The notes under the pieces are model-generated. The model worked only from the letters and a program-made list of their open reading frames with translations, was not told the origin of the DNA and did no database searches. This document shows, piece after piece, positions 9,755 through 17,585 of a stretch of 59,527 nt of DNA. The DNA is from a virus (lineage: Duplodnaviria > Caudoviricetes), in the IMG/VR virus record IMGVR_UViG_3300022935_000018, positions 1 to 59,527 of that record. One strand, written 5' to 3'. Position 1 is the first letter of the stretch, and each line of letters begins with the position of its first letter. The translations under genes and the position numbers were made by a program.

Positions 9755-10918
9755 ATGTCAGAACTATTAGAAAGTCGCTGGCAGGAAACCAAGAGCGCAT
9801 TACTTGAAGGCCTTCAAGGCAACAAGAAGTCTGTTATGTCCGCTACTCTAGAAAATACTAAAAAGTATTTGGCAGAGACAGCAACAGCAGGCGCTACTTC
9901 AGCAGGTAATGTTGCAACTCTTAACAGAGTTATCCTACCAGTAATTAGACGTGTTATGCCAACCGTCATTGCAAACGAAATCGTTGGTGTACAACCAATG
10001 ACTGGCCCAGTTGGCCAAATTCACACTCTACGTGTACGTTATGCTGATACAGCAGACGACGCAACAGCGGGTGAAGAGGCTTTATCACCATTCAAGTTAG
10101 CCCTAGGCTACTCAGGTGACGCGGCTGGCTCAGACGCAGGTAAAGCAGATGCTACTGCTACTTTAGAAGGTACAGCAGGTAAGCGTTTGAACATCCAAAT
10201 CTTGAAACAAACAGTTGAAGCGAAAACTCGTAAATTGAGTGCTCGTTGGACTTTTGAATCAGCACAGGATGCTCAAGCACAGCAAGGCATCGACGTTGAA
10301 GCGGAAATTATGGCCGCTTTAGCACAAGAAATTACCGCAGAAATTGATCAAGAGGTGTTAGCATCTCTTAACTCTTTAGCACCATCTGAAGAGACTTACA
10401 ATCAAGCGGCAGTTTCAGGTACGGCTACATTCGTAGGCGATGAACACGCGGCATTGGCTGTTCTTATTAACAGAGCGGCTAACAAGATCGCACAGCGTAC
10501 AAGACGTGGCGCAGGTAACTGGGCTGTTGTGTCTCCACAGGCACTAACAATCCTACAATCTGCTACTACTTCAGCGTTCGCTCGTACAACAGAAGGTACT
10601 TTTGAAGCACCAACTAACACTAAGTTAGCAGGTACTTTAAACGGTGCTATGAAAATCTACGTAAACGCTTATTCAGCAGATGATACTGCTGTTCTAGTTG
10701 GTTACAAAGGTTCATCTGAAGCAGATGCGGCGGCATTCTACTGCCCATACATTCCGTTAATGTCTTCAGGCGTTGTACTAGATCCATCTACTTTTGAACC
10801 AGTAGTAAGTTTCATGACAAGATATGGTTATGTTGAGTTAAACAACACAGCATCATCACTTGGTAATGCGGCAGACTACTTGGCTAAAGTAGCGATCTCA
10901 AACGTAACATTCTCTTAA
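9755..10918 (+). CDS. gp23: Major capsid protein
   Basis: VIRRVMP..IANEIVGVQPMTGPVGQI, VEAKTRKL.ARWT.E.AQD, EITAEIDQE, AFYCPYIPL, FMTRYG. Confidence 0.97.
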   Translation: MSELLESRWQETKSALLEGLQGNKKSVMSATLENTKKYLAETATAGATSAGNVATLNRVILPVIRRVMPTVIANEIVGVQPMTGPVGQIHTLRVRYADTADDATAGEEALSPFKLALGYSGDAAGSDAGKADATATLEGTAGKRLNIQILKQTVEAKTRKLSARWTFESAQDAQAQQGIDVEAEIMAALAQEITAEIDQEVLASLNSLAPSEETYNQAAVSGTATFVGDEHAALAVLINRAANKIAQRTRRGAGNWAVVSPQALTILQSATTSAFARTTEGTFEAPTNTKLAGTLNGAMKIYVNAYSADDTAVLVGYKGSSEADAAAFYCPYIPLMSSGVVLDPSTFEPVVSFMTRYGYVELNNTASSLGNAADYLAKVAISNVTFS

Positions 10919-10941
10919 TAGAGAACACGTAGCAAAACGGG

Positions 10942-10969
10942 AAAGGGCGGCTTCGGTCGCCCTTTTTTT
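10942..10969 (+). terminator. Intrinsic terminator with C(UUCG)G loop after gp23
   Basis: aaagggcggc-ttcg-gtcgcccttt plus T-run. Confidence 0.9.
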
Positions 10970-11000
10970 ACGGTTGAATTCCGTGAACAAGGAAGCACAT

Positions 11001-11372
11001 ATGTTGGAGCATAAACATTTGATTATCAGAGCAGAAGTTGAAAAGCCAATAATTAATCGAAACAAGGCTCGCAAGTTTTTAAGAAGTCTAATTAAAAAAA
11101 TCAACATGAAAGAACTATACGGTCCAGTTGCAAGTTATTGTAAAATGGCAGGCAACAGAGGGATCACAGCATTTGCAGTTATTGAAACAAGTCATCTAGC
11201 AATGCACATTTGGGATGAAGACAATCCTTCTTTAATCCAACTTGACGTTTATAGTTGTAGCAGTTTTGATCCAAGAACAGTATTTGATCACTTAGAAATA
11301 ATGCAACCAGTTAAAGTAGATTATAAATTTTTGGACAGAGAAACGCAATTAATTCCTATTTTGGACAAATAA
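11001..11372 (+). CDS. speD: Pyruvoyl-dependent S-adenosylmethionine decarboxylase family protein
   Basis: KHLII, GITAFAVIETSHLAMHIW, QLDVYSC..FD; start at ATG 11001 with AAGGA SD. Confidence 0.8.
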   Translation: MLEHKHLIIRAEVEKPIINRNKARKFLRSLIKKINMKELYGPVASYCKMAGNRGITAFAVIETSHLAMHIWDEDNPSLIQLDVYSCSSFDPRTVFDHLEIMQPVKVDYKFLDRETQLIPILDK

Positions 11373-11376
11373 ACGG

Positions 11377-11405
11377 TTGCTTTTTTCACAAACATTTGTT
11401 ATATT
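11377..11405 (+). promoter_or_regulatory. Sigma70-type promoter (TTGCTT-17-TATATT, extended -10)
   Basis: TTGCTT 11377-82, 17-nt spacer ending TGT, TATATT 11400-05. Confidence 0.65.
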
Positions 11406-11445
11406 AGTATTATAAGCATTAGGAGATTAATTAACTCTTAATATT

Positions 11446-11626
11446 AGTGCAAGGAAGAGGCCTTTACCAGAAGGGTCTAACTTGACTAGCCAGGGGTGGT
11501 ACCCAGGGTTTGTACTAGAAATAGGCAGGCTCACATCGCAGTCACTAGCGGGGTTAGGTTGTGCGGTTTAGGAATGGTATTCCGGTCCGTGCTTGGAGGT
11601 GTAACCAAGTCCTCCCTAATTTGCTT
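11446..11626 (+). ncRNA. Structured non-coding RNA, manA-motif-like
   Basis: GC-rich non-coding island with several G-U-containing helices, a GAAA tetraloop and complementary loops; GCAAGGA, CTTGAC, GGGGTGGTACCC and GGTGTAA..CAAGTCC elements resemble my recollection of the manA RNA consensus. Confidence 0.65.
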
Positions 11627-11630
11627 TACT

Positions 11631-11668
11631 AAAAAGACTTGGCGGGGAGACTTTCCAAGTCTTTTTTT
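11631..11668 (+). terminator. Intrinsic terminator (bidirectional form) closing the ncRNA
   Basis: aaaaagacttgg...ccaagtcttttttt. Confidence 0.85.
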
Positions 11669-11673
11669 ATGAC

Positions 11674-11679
11674 TAAATA
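11674..11679 (+). promoter_or_regulatory. Late promoter TAAATA, 5 nt before ATG 11685
   Basis: acTAAATAttagtATG, no SD. Confidence 0.6.
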
Positions 11680-11684
11680 TTAGT

Positions 11685-12104
11685 ATGAGGGACGAATACA
11701 CATCGGCCTTTTACGACATTGTCCGAGAGGCACAATCAACTACTGGTTTTGATTTACCATTAGAAATCGAAGCCTACGTAGTAATGCTTCTTGCAGACAA
11801 GATAGACAAACCAAATTTTCTTCCACAAACTACATTTGCACAAGAGTTTTTAAAACTTAAACGTCCATACAATTACACAGCAAAAGAACTAGGTGATAGT
11901 TGCTTGTTTGTTACTGGTGTTTTTCCTGAATATGGAATAAGTGTGCGTTACTATTCAGATATAGGAAAAAGTTCGTATACGCTTGTACAAGAAGGTCTAA
12001 ATGCAGAACTATTTGGACTTTTAGCAACACGCTTTGATTTCATTAGAGATTTCATAAATTTAACAGTACGTAGAAATAAATCACCAATTACAGCATTGAG
12101 ATAA
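11685..12104 (+). CDS. Hypothetical protein
   Basis: 139-aa ORF with ELGDSCLFVTGVFP and YYSDIGKSSY; function not recognised. Confidence 0.75.
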   Translation: MRDEYTSAFYDIVREAQSTTGFDLPLEIEAYVVMLLADKIDKPNFLPQTTFAQEFLKLKRPYNYTAKELGDSCLFVTGVFPEYGISVRYYSDIGKSSYTLVQEGLNAELFGLLATRFDFIRDFINLTVRRNKSPITALR

Positions 12105-12107
12105 ATA
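12102..12107 (+). promoter_or_regulatory. Late promoter TAAATA ahead of a ~95-nt structured leader
   Basis: TAAATACTTGT, the same 11-mer as at 1710-1720(-) and 14571-14581. Confidence 0.65.
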
Positions 12108-12207
12108 CTTGTGTCAGATAGTGTGCCGCATAATGTGGCGGACTTATGCTGTTACCCACAGCGTACCGGATAGAACCCGGATAGGACTACTTTATAGGAG
12201 AAAACAA

Positions 12208-12660
12208 ATGGGAAGACCACTAAACAAAAGATACTTCGGCGAACCAACTGCTGGAGGCAACGAAATTAAAGTTAACTTCAACGACGGTTCATCTGTTGTA
12301 GAAGGTCACATTGTAAAACAAAAAGGTTCAAAGCGTTTTGTTGTTGCGCCTTTAGGTGCTTCGGACACTGAATATACTTGCGTTCTTACTACTGGTAAAT
12401 TACCAGCGGCATTAGCGGCAGGCGAAATGGCTATTTCAGTTAAAGGTGACGACGGCGAAACTTACGGTGTAAGCAAAATTGCAGGACATAAAGTTACTGT
12501 AGTTGCTCCAAGTGCAACTGGTTCAAACGCATTAGACGGAACATCAATTGCTTGGAATTATAGTACTTCGGCTGTTGACGGTGCAGTACAAGTTGAAGAG
12601 GCTGGTGAAACAGACGACGCGGCTTCAGTTACTGATGACGATTTCACAGACGACGCATAA
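12208..12660 (+). CDS. Probable virion structural protein (150 aa)
   Basis: ATG 12208 with AGGAG SD (MGRPLNKRYFG...); own late promoter and terminator. Confidence 0.65.
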   Translation: MGRPLNKRYFGEPTAGGNEIKVNFNDGSSVVEGHIVKQKGSKRFVVAPLGASDTEYTCVLTTGKLPAALAAGEMAISVKGDDGETYGVSKIAGHKVTVVAPSATGSNALDGTSIAWNYSTSAVDGAVQVEEAGETDDAASVTDDDFTDDA

Positions 12661-12667
12661 GGCACTT

Positions 12668-12695
12668 AGTGGGGGAGCAATCCCCCACTTATTTT
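12668..12695 (+). terminator. Intrinsic terminator with GCAA tetraloop
   Basis: agtggggga-gcaa-tcccccact then tatttt. Confidence 0.75.
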
Positions 12696-12706
12696 AAGGA
12701 TTTAGA

Positions 12707-13675
12707 ATGTCAAAGTTTTTAACAGTACCAAATGGTGATTATACAGTTAAAGTTCAAGAAAGCGGAACTATTACTTTAGATACCGGCGCAGGTCTTGGTG
12801 AAGTTCATATCACAGGCGACTTACGCATTGATGGTGAAACTACAACTGTAAACACTACAAACTTAGACATTGAAGATAATATTATTACGCTTAACAAAGG
12901 CGAAACTGGTAATGGTGTAGGTGAAGGTACGGCAGGAATTGAAATTGATAGAGGCACAGCAGATGATGCCCAATTAATTTTTGACGAAACATTAGAATAT
13001 ATTAATCCAAATGCTCCGGCAGTTCAATCTTTTGGTACATGGGTACTAAAGAAAACTAATGGCGAATATTTAGGTTTAAGAGCACCAAGTATTCAAACAG
13101 GTGGCAGTTCTTTATATATTAATACTAATGACAATCCTGTATTTGTTGTTGGCGATTCAGGACAATATGCACTTAATACAACAGATGAAGGCCATCTTAC
13201 TAACAAGCGTTATGTTGATGATTTAGTTAGTAGAACACTAGACGATTTACAAATTAGAAGAATTAATGACGGCAACACAATGGTTGAAGTTACTGACTCA
13301 GGTGACGGTACACTATTAAGCCGAGTTGATTTTATGATGGATAGTTCTATTATTGCAACATACTATCCAGACAGAATTGAATTAAACGATTTAAGAATTA
13401 CAGGACAAACTATTGCTGGTACTGTAAGTAACGGCGATCTTATACTAGATGCTCCAGGTACTGGTACAGTTAAAATTAACGATGTACTGCAAATTACAGA
13501 AACGCCTGGAACAGATGACCCTGTTACTGACCCATCGGCTCCAACTGACGGTGTTAAAATTTATGCTAAGTCAGAAGGAACAGGAAACACAGGCTTATAT
13601 TTTGTAAATACAAATAATACAAACGACGAATTAATTAGTAGAAATAGAGCCCTATTATATGGGTATCTACTATAA
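12707..13675 (+). CDS. Tail/baseplate fibre-type structural protein
   Basis: G.L.IDG.TTTVNTT.L.IEDN.I.LN and AGIEIDRG motifs typical of myovirus fibre repeats. Confidence 0.65.
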   Translation: MSKFLTVPNGDYTVKVQESGTITLDTGAGLGEVHITGDLRIDGETTTVNTTNLDIEDNIITLNKGETGNGVGEGTAGIEIDRGTADDAQLIFDETLEYINPNAPAVQSFGTWVLKKTNGEYLGLRAPSIQTGGSSLYINTNDNPVFVVGDSGQYALNTTDEGHLTNKRYVDDLVSRTLDDLQIRRINDGNTMVEVTDSGDGTLLSRVDFMMDSSIIATYYPDRIELNDLRITGQTIAGTVSNGDLILDAPGTGTVKINDVLQITETPGTDDPVTDPSAPTDGVKIYAKSEGTGNTGLYFVNTNNTNDELISRNRALLYGYLL

Positions 13676-13678
13676 GGA

Positions 13679-13684
13679 TAAATA
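13679..13684 (+). promoter_or_regulatory. Late promoter TAAATA, 5 nt before ATG 13690
   Basis: gaTAAATAttacgATG. Confidence 0.5.
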
Positions 13685-13689
13685 TTACG

Positions 13690-14037
13690 ATGGCTATAAA
13701 AAATATTTTAGTAGATAATACACAACAAGCAATTATTACTGTTCCAGCAGGTAAACAGTATGCAATCCTCACATTGGTTGTATGTAATACTGCCGCAGAA
13801 GATTTAACAGGGGCAAATGATTCAACTTTTGATTTATATTTTGTACCATCAGATGTTGCTAACGGTGCTATTACAGTTGGCGCACAAACACAAATTGCCA
13901 AACAAGTTAGTGTAGCAGGTTCAGATAGTTTTACGTTTGACACTGAAAAGATGGTTTTAGGTGAAGGCGATAGAATTATTCTTACAGGCCAAGCACCTTA
14001 CAACTTAGCGGCAACAGTAAGTTTCTTGGAAGTGTAA
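13690..14037 (+). CDS. Small beta-rich virion protein (paralog of 21301 and 35710)
   Basis: TVP...A....VCN...EK.VL..GD pattern shared with the two other small ORFs. Confidence 0.65.
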   Translation: MAIKNILVDNTQQAIITVPAGKQYAILTLVVCNTAAEDLTGANDSTFDLYFVPSDVANGAITVGAQTQIAKQVSVAGSDSFTFDTEKMVLGEGDRIILTGQAPYNLAATVSFLEV

Positions 14038-14564
14038 TGAAATTTCTAAAAGCACAAACCACAAATAGACGCGGAGTGTTTAGAGGCAAAGGTGCATTTT
14101 ATAATGCAAACGGTGTTTTTGAACTTAGATCGAAAGCGGCTATAACAGTACCAGTTGGTGCTGATGCTGATAGACCTAGTTCTCCAGCATTAGGTATGAT
14201 GCGTTTTAACACTACAAATAACAGTGTTGAATTTTATGATAACGGTGTATGGAAAGAAATTAGACTTAAAGAACCAACACCTATTACACAACAAGATTTA
14301 GGAACAGGCGACGGTGTTGAAACTGTATTTGGTCCTCTAAATGCAAATGACACTTCTTACCCAGTTCCAACATCTGCACAAGCAGTACTGGTGCTAGTTG
14401 AAAACGTACTACAAATTTCAACAACAAACTACACACTAGAACAAAGTTCATCAGGAAACTTAGCAGGTCCTAATTCACCATATGCTGATGGTTGGTATAT
14501 TAAATTCCTTTCAGCAATTCCAAACGGCAAATCAGTAACAGTCCTACATAACTTCGACAAGTAA
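14037..14564 (+). CDS. Virion structural protein
   Basis: VPVG....RP.....GMMRFNT....E.Y....W module shared with 14595 and 17586. Confidence 0.65.
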   Translation: MKFLKAQTTNRRGVFRGKGAFYNANGVFELRSKAAITVPVGADADRPSSPALGMMRFNTTNNSVEFYDNGVWKEIRLKEPTPITQQDLGTGDGVETVFGPLNANDTSYPVPTSAQAVLVLVENVLQISTTNYTLEQSSSGNLAGPNSPYADGWYIKFLSAIPNGKSVTVLHNFDK

Positions 14565-14570
14565 ATCCAA

Positions 14571-14576
14571 TAAATA
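14571..14576 (+). promoter_or_regulatory. Late promoter TAAATA
   Basis: Upstream of GGAGG SD and ATG 14595. Confidence 0.65.
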
Positions 14577-14594
14577 CTTGTATGGAGGGTTATA

Positions 14595-17447
14595 ATGTCT
14601 CTAGGTAAAATATCAGGTCCACTACTCAGTAGAAACCTATTAAGAGAAACAGATCTAGCATTTGAAACAGACTTGCTTTATATCGGACATACCGATGGCA
14701 AGATTGGTATCAATACGGTTACTCGCCCTCGTGATTTTACAGTTAACGGTACACTAAAAGCACGTAGTACTGGATATGACTTAGAAATTACAAATCAACT
14801 AAACATCGGCGACTTAACATTTGGTCCAAATGGCATAAGCACAATATCAGGAAACATTTATCTTAATCATGCCGGCGGCAGTGTAACAACAGGCGGCTTA
14901 CAAACTCCTACTATTGAAATTAATGACAACTATGTTGGAACTCATGTAACAAACGGTGATATTAATTTTGTTCCAAACGGAGTAGGTACTAATGAAATTA
15001 TTACAGCAGGTCAAACAGTTAATGTCAATGGCAGTGTTCATGCTACTGGTAACATTACATTTGATGGCAGTATCCTTATTGGTGGAGATGGTGATGAAGA
15101 CAATGTAGCATTTCGAGGCGACATTGAAGGTAATCTAACACCTGATGTAACAAACACTTGGGATATTGGTACAGACGCACAACGATTTAATTATAACACT
15201 ACAAATTTATTAGTTAATAATGTTATTAGTGCAGAAAACGTAACTATTGATGGAATTGAAGTTACACTTTCACAAGGAAATATATGGTATGTTGCTGTAA
15301 ATGGCGATAATACAAGACGTGGCACAAGTCCACAAGGTCCTTTAGGCAGTATTAAGTATGCGTTAAGTCAAGCACAAGCAGGAGATACTGTTTTTATTAA
15401 TACAGGAGATTACGAAGAAGAATTTCCATTAGAAGTTCCAGCAGGTGTTACTGTAAAAGGACAAGATTTGCGTAATGTAATTATTCGTCCTACAACAGAT
15501 AATCAAAGCGAAGACGCATTTTTACTAAATGGCGAAAGCACAGTTGAAAATGTAACTGTAAAAGATTTTTATTATGACAATGTAAATGATAAAGGTTATG
15601 GTTTTCGTTTTGCAGGTGACATGAGAGTAAGTACACGTTCACCTTATATTAGAAACGTAACTGTAATTACACACGGAAGTGCTACAAGTGCAAGTGACCC
15701 AAGAGGTTTTAATAGTGGAGATGCAGGCAAAGGTGCATTGTTTGACGGAAGTGTTTGCGACCATGAAACAAAAGAAGCAAGTGCATTATTCCATAGTGTA
15801 ACTTTTATTACACCTGGAGTAGATTGTATTACTCTTATCAACGGTGTTAGAGTTGAATGGTTAAATTCTTTTACATATTTTGCTAATCGTTCTTATTATT
15901 TGCAAAACGGAACAGGTAGATGGCGTTCAGATAGTACACTTGCTAAAGGAGCAGAACTACGATCAATAGGTTCAGCAAGTATTTACGGTAACTATGGTAT
16001 TGTTGCAGATGGTGATGAGTGTTTAGCATATCTTATTTCGCATAACTTTGCGTATATTGGTTCTGGCAATGATGTTAGTAATGATAATACAACAACAATT
16101 CAAAGTCAAGAAACAGTAGAACTAAACAACGGTAAAGTTTACTTTAACTCACAAGACCAAATGGGTAACTTTAGAGTTGGTAATAACTTTTATGTAAATC
16201 TAAAAGACGGAACTACTAGTATTGATGCTGATACCGTTGACGCATCAGGTCTTTCTAGTTTACGTGTAACAACTCCTCAAGGAGATACATCATATATTGA
16301 CGGTGCTAATGTCGAAACTGGTGCTATTAGAATAATTGCACCTAATAAAATTAAATCAGTATCTGGACCTATATACTTCGAATCGCCTTCAAACGTACAT
16401 AATATTAATACTGATGCAAGATTTGAAAAACTAACACTTACAGGAAATCTTACACTAGGAGGTTCGCTTGTAACTATTGGTAATGAAGCATCAGATACAG
16501 TAGATTTTAATACTCCGTTTGATCAAAATGTTTATCCTTCAGCAGATAACACATACGATTTAGGAACTGAAAACAAACGTTGGAAAAATGCTTACCTAAA
16601 TGAAATAGAAGTAGACAGTTTTACATTTAATGAAAACTATATTCGTGTTAATAACACAAATGAAAATCTAGAATTACGTGCTAACGCTTCTGGATATGTT
16701 AAATTTGACGATTTAAAATCTAAAACAAATATAATATCTACAGATACAGCAGACATTACTTTTACTCCAGGTGAAAATCTAAAAGTTACATCAACTACAA
16801 GACTACAATTACCTGTAGGAACTTCGCAACAGCGTTCAAACAATGTTGCTGATATTCGTTATAATACAGATTATCAAAATTTTGAAGGTTATAATGGTGG
16901 AACTGTAGTAATGCCTGGATTATATGACTCAGACAGAGACACATATCTTGACCTATCCAACAACGAATTTACATTTTACACAGGCGGAAATGCAAACAGT
17001 GTAATAAACGGAACAGCATTAACAACTAATCGTTTTGATTCGCAGAATTCTTTAAGTATTGACGGAAATACTCTTACAAGTGCTACACCGAATGCAGATA
17101 TTCAATTTGTTTCTAACGGAACAGGTAGTATTGGTCAGGAAGATCTAGACTTTAAAAACAGTACAATTACTAATACTTTAAATACTCCGTTTACTTTCCA
17201 ATTAGCAGACATATATTCTTATGTTAAATTTGATCAACCTAGTGGTTTAGTAGTTCCTTGGGGTACTTCTGCACAACGTCCTACAAATCCAGAGCCAGGA
17301 CATACACGTTTTAATACGGACCCTAGTAAATTGTTCCTAGAATCGTGGAACGGAACACAGTGGGTTTTAGCGGCAGGTGGCGGTGAATCTGTTACTGAAG
17401 AGTACGCTGAAGATGTGAACTTCCTTTGGAACATTATCCTAGCCTAA
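14595..17447 (+). CDS. Tail fibre/spike-like protein with pectin-lyase-like beta-helix
   Basis: WYVAVNGD...GDTVFINTG.YEE.FPL.VPAGVTV.G motif; paralog of 17586. Confidence 0.7.
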   Translation: MSLGKISGPLLSRNLLRETDLAFETDLLYIGHTDGKIGINTVTRPRDFTVNGTLKARSTGYDLEITNQLNIGDLTFGPNGISTISGNIYLNHAGGSVTTGGLQTPTIEINDNYVGTHVTNGDINFVPNGVGTNEIITAGQTVNVNGSVHATGNITFDGSILIGGDGDEDNVAFRGDIEGNLTPDVTNTWDIGTDAQRFNYNTTNLLVNNVISAENVTIDGIEVTLSQGNIWYVAVNGDNTRRGTSPQGPLGSIKYALSQAQAGDTVFINTGDYEEEFPLEVPAGVTVKGQDLRNVIIRPTTDNQSEDAFLLNGESTVENVTVKDFYYDNVNDKGYGFRFAGDMRVSTRSPYIRNVTVITHGSATSASDPRGFNSGDAGKGALFDGSVCDHETKEASALFHSVTFITPGVDCITLINGVRVEWLNSFTYFANRSYYLQNGTGRWRSDSTLAKGAELRSIGSASIYGNYGIVADGDECLAYLISHNFAYIGSGNDVSNDNTTTIQSQETVELNNGKVYFNSQDQMGNFRVGNNFYVNLKDGTTSIDADTVDASGLSSLRVTTPQGDTSYIDGANVETGAIRIIAPNKIKSVSGPIYFESPSNVHNINTDARFEKLTLTGNLTLGGSLVTIGNEASDTVDFNTPFDQNVYPSADNTYDLGTENKRWKNAYLNEIEVDSFTFNENYIRVNNTNENLELRANASGYVKFDDLKSKTNIISTDTADITFTPGENLKVTSTTRLQLPVGTSQQRSNNVADIRYNTDYQNFEGYNGGTVVMPGLYDSDRDTYLDLSNNEFTFYTGGNANSVINGTALTTNRFDSQNSLSIDGNTLTSATPNADIQFVSNGTGSIGQEDLDFKNSTITNTLNTPFTFQLADIYSYVKFDQPSGLVVPWGTSAQRPTNPEPGHTRFNTDPSKLFLESWNGTQWVLAAGGGESVTEEYAEDVNFLWNIILA

Positions 17448-17460
17448 TAACCAAAAACGA

Positions 17461-17466
17461 TAAATA
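17461..17466 (+). promoter_or_regulatory. Late promoter TAAATA ahead of a ~115-nt structured leader
   Basis: Intergenic gaTAAATActatta. Confidence 0.65.
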
Positions 17467-17585
17467 CTATTAATGCTACAATGGAAGACCAATCCGTAGC
17501 AGGACTTACTGTGGTCAACCCGCAAAGAGCCGAAAGGATGAAAATGTGGTTGGAGGGACAAGATCCCCGTTTATAGGAGAATAAA

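Noticed and set aside
11491-11506. T-box riboswitch (GGGTGGTACC)
   Set aside because: The word forms its own hairpin; no stem I/specifier arrangement, no overlap with the terminator, no amino-acid gene downstream
17519-17553. Hammerhead ribozyme or c-di-GMP-I riboswitch
   Set aside because: Has cc-GAAA-gg followed by GAAA, but lacks the CUGAnGA core and the second conserved stem of c-di-GMP-I
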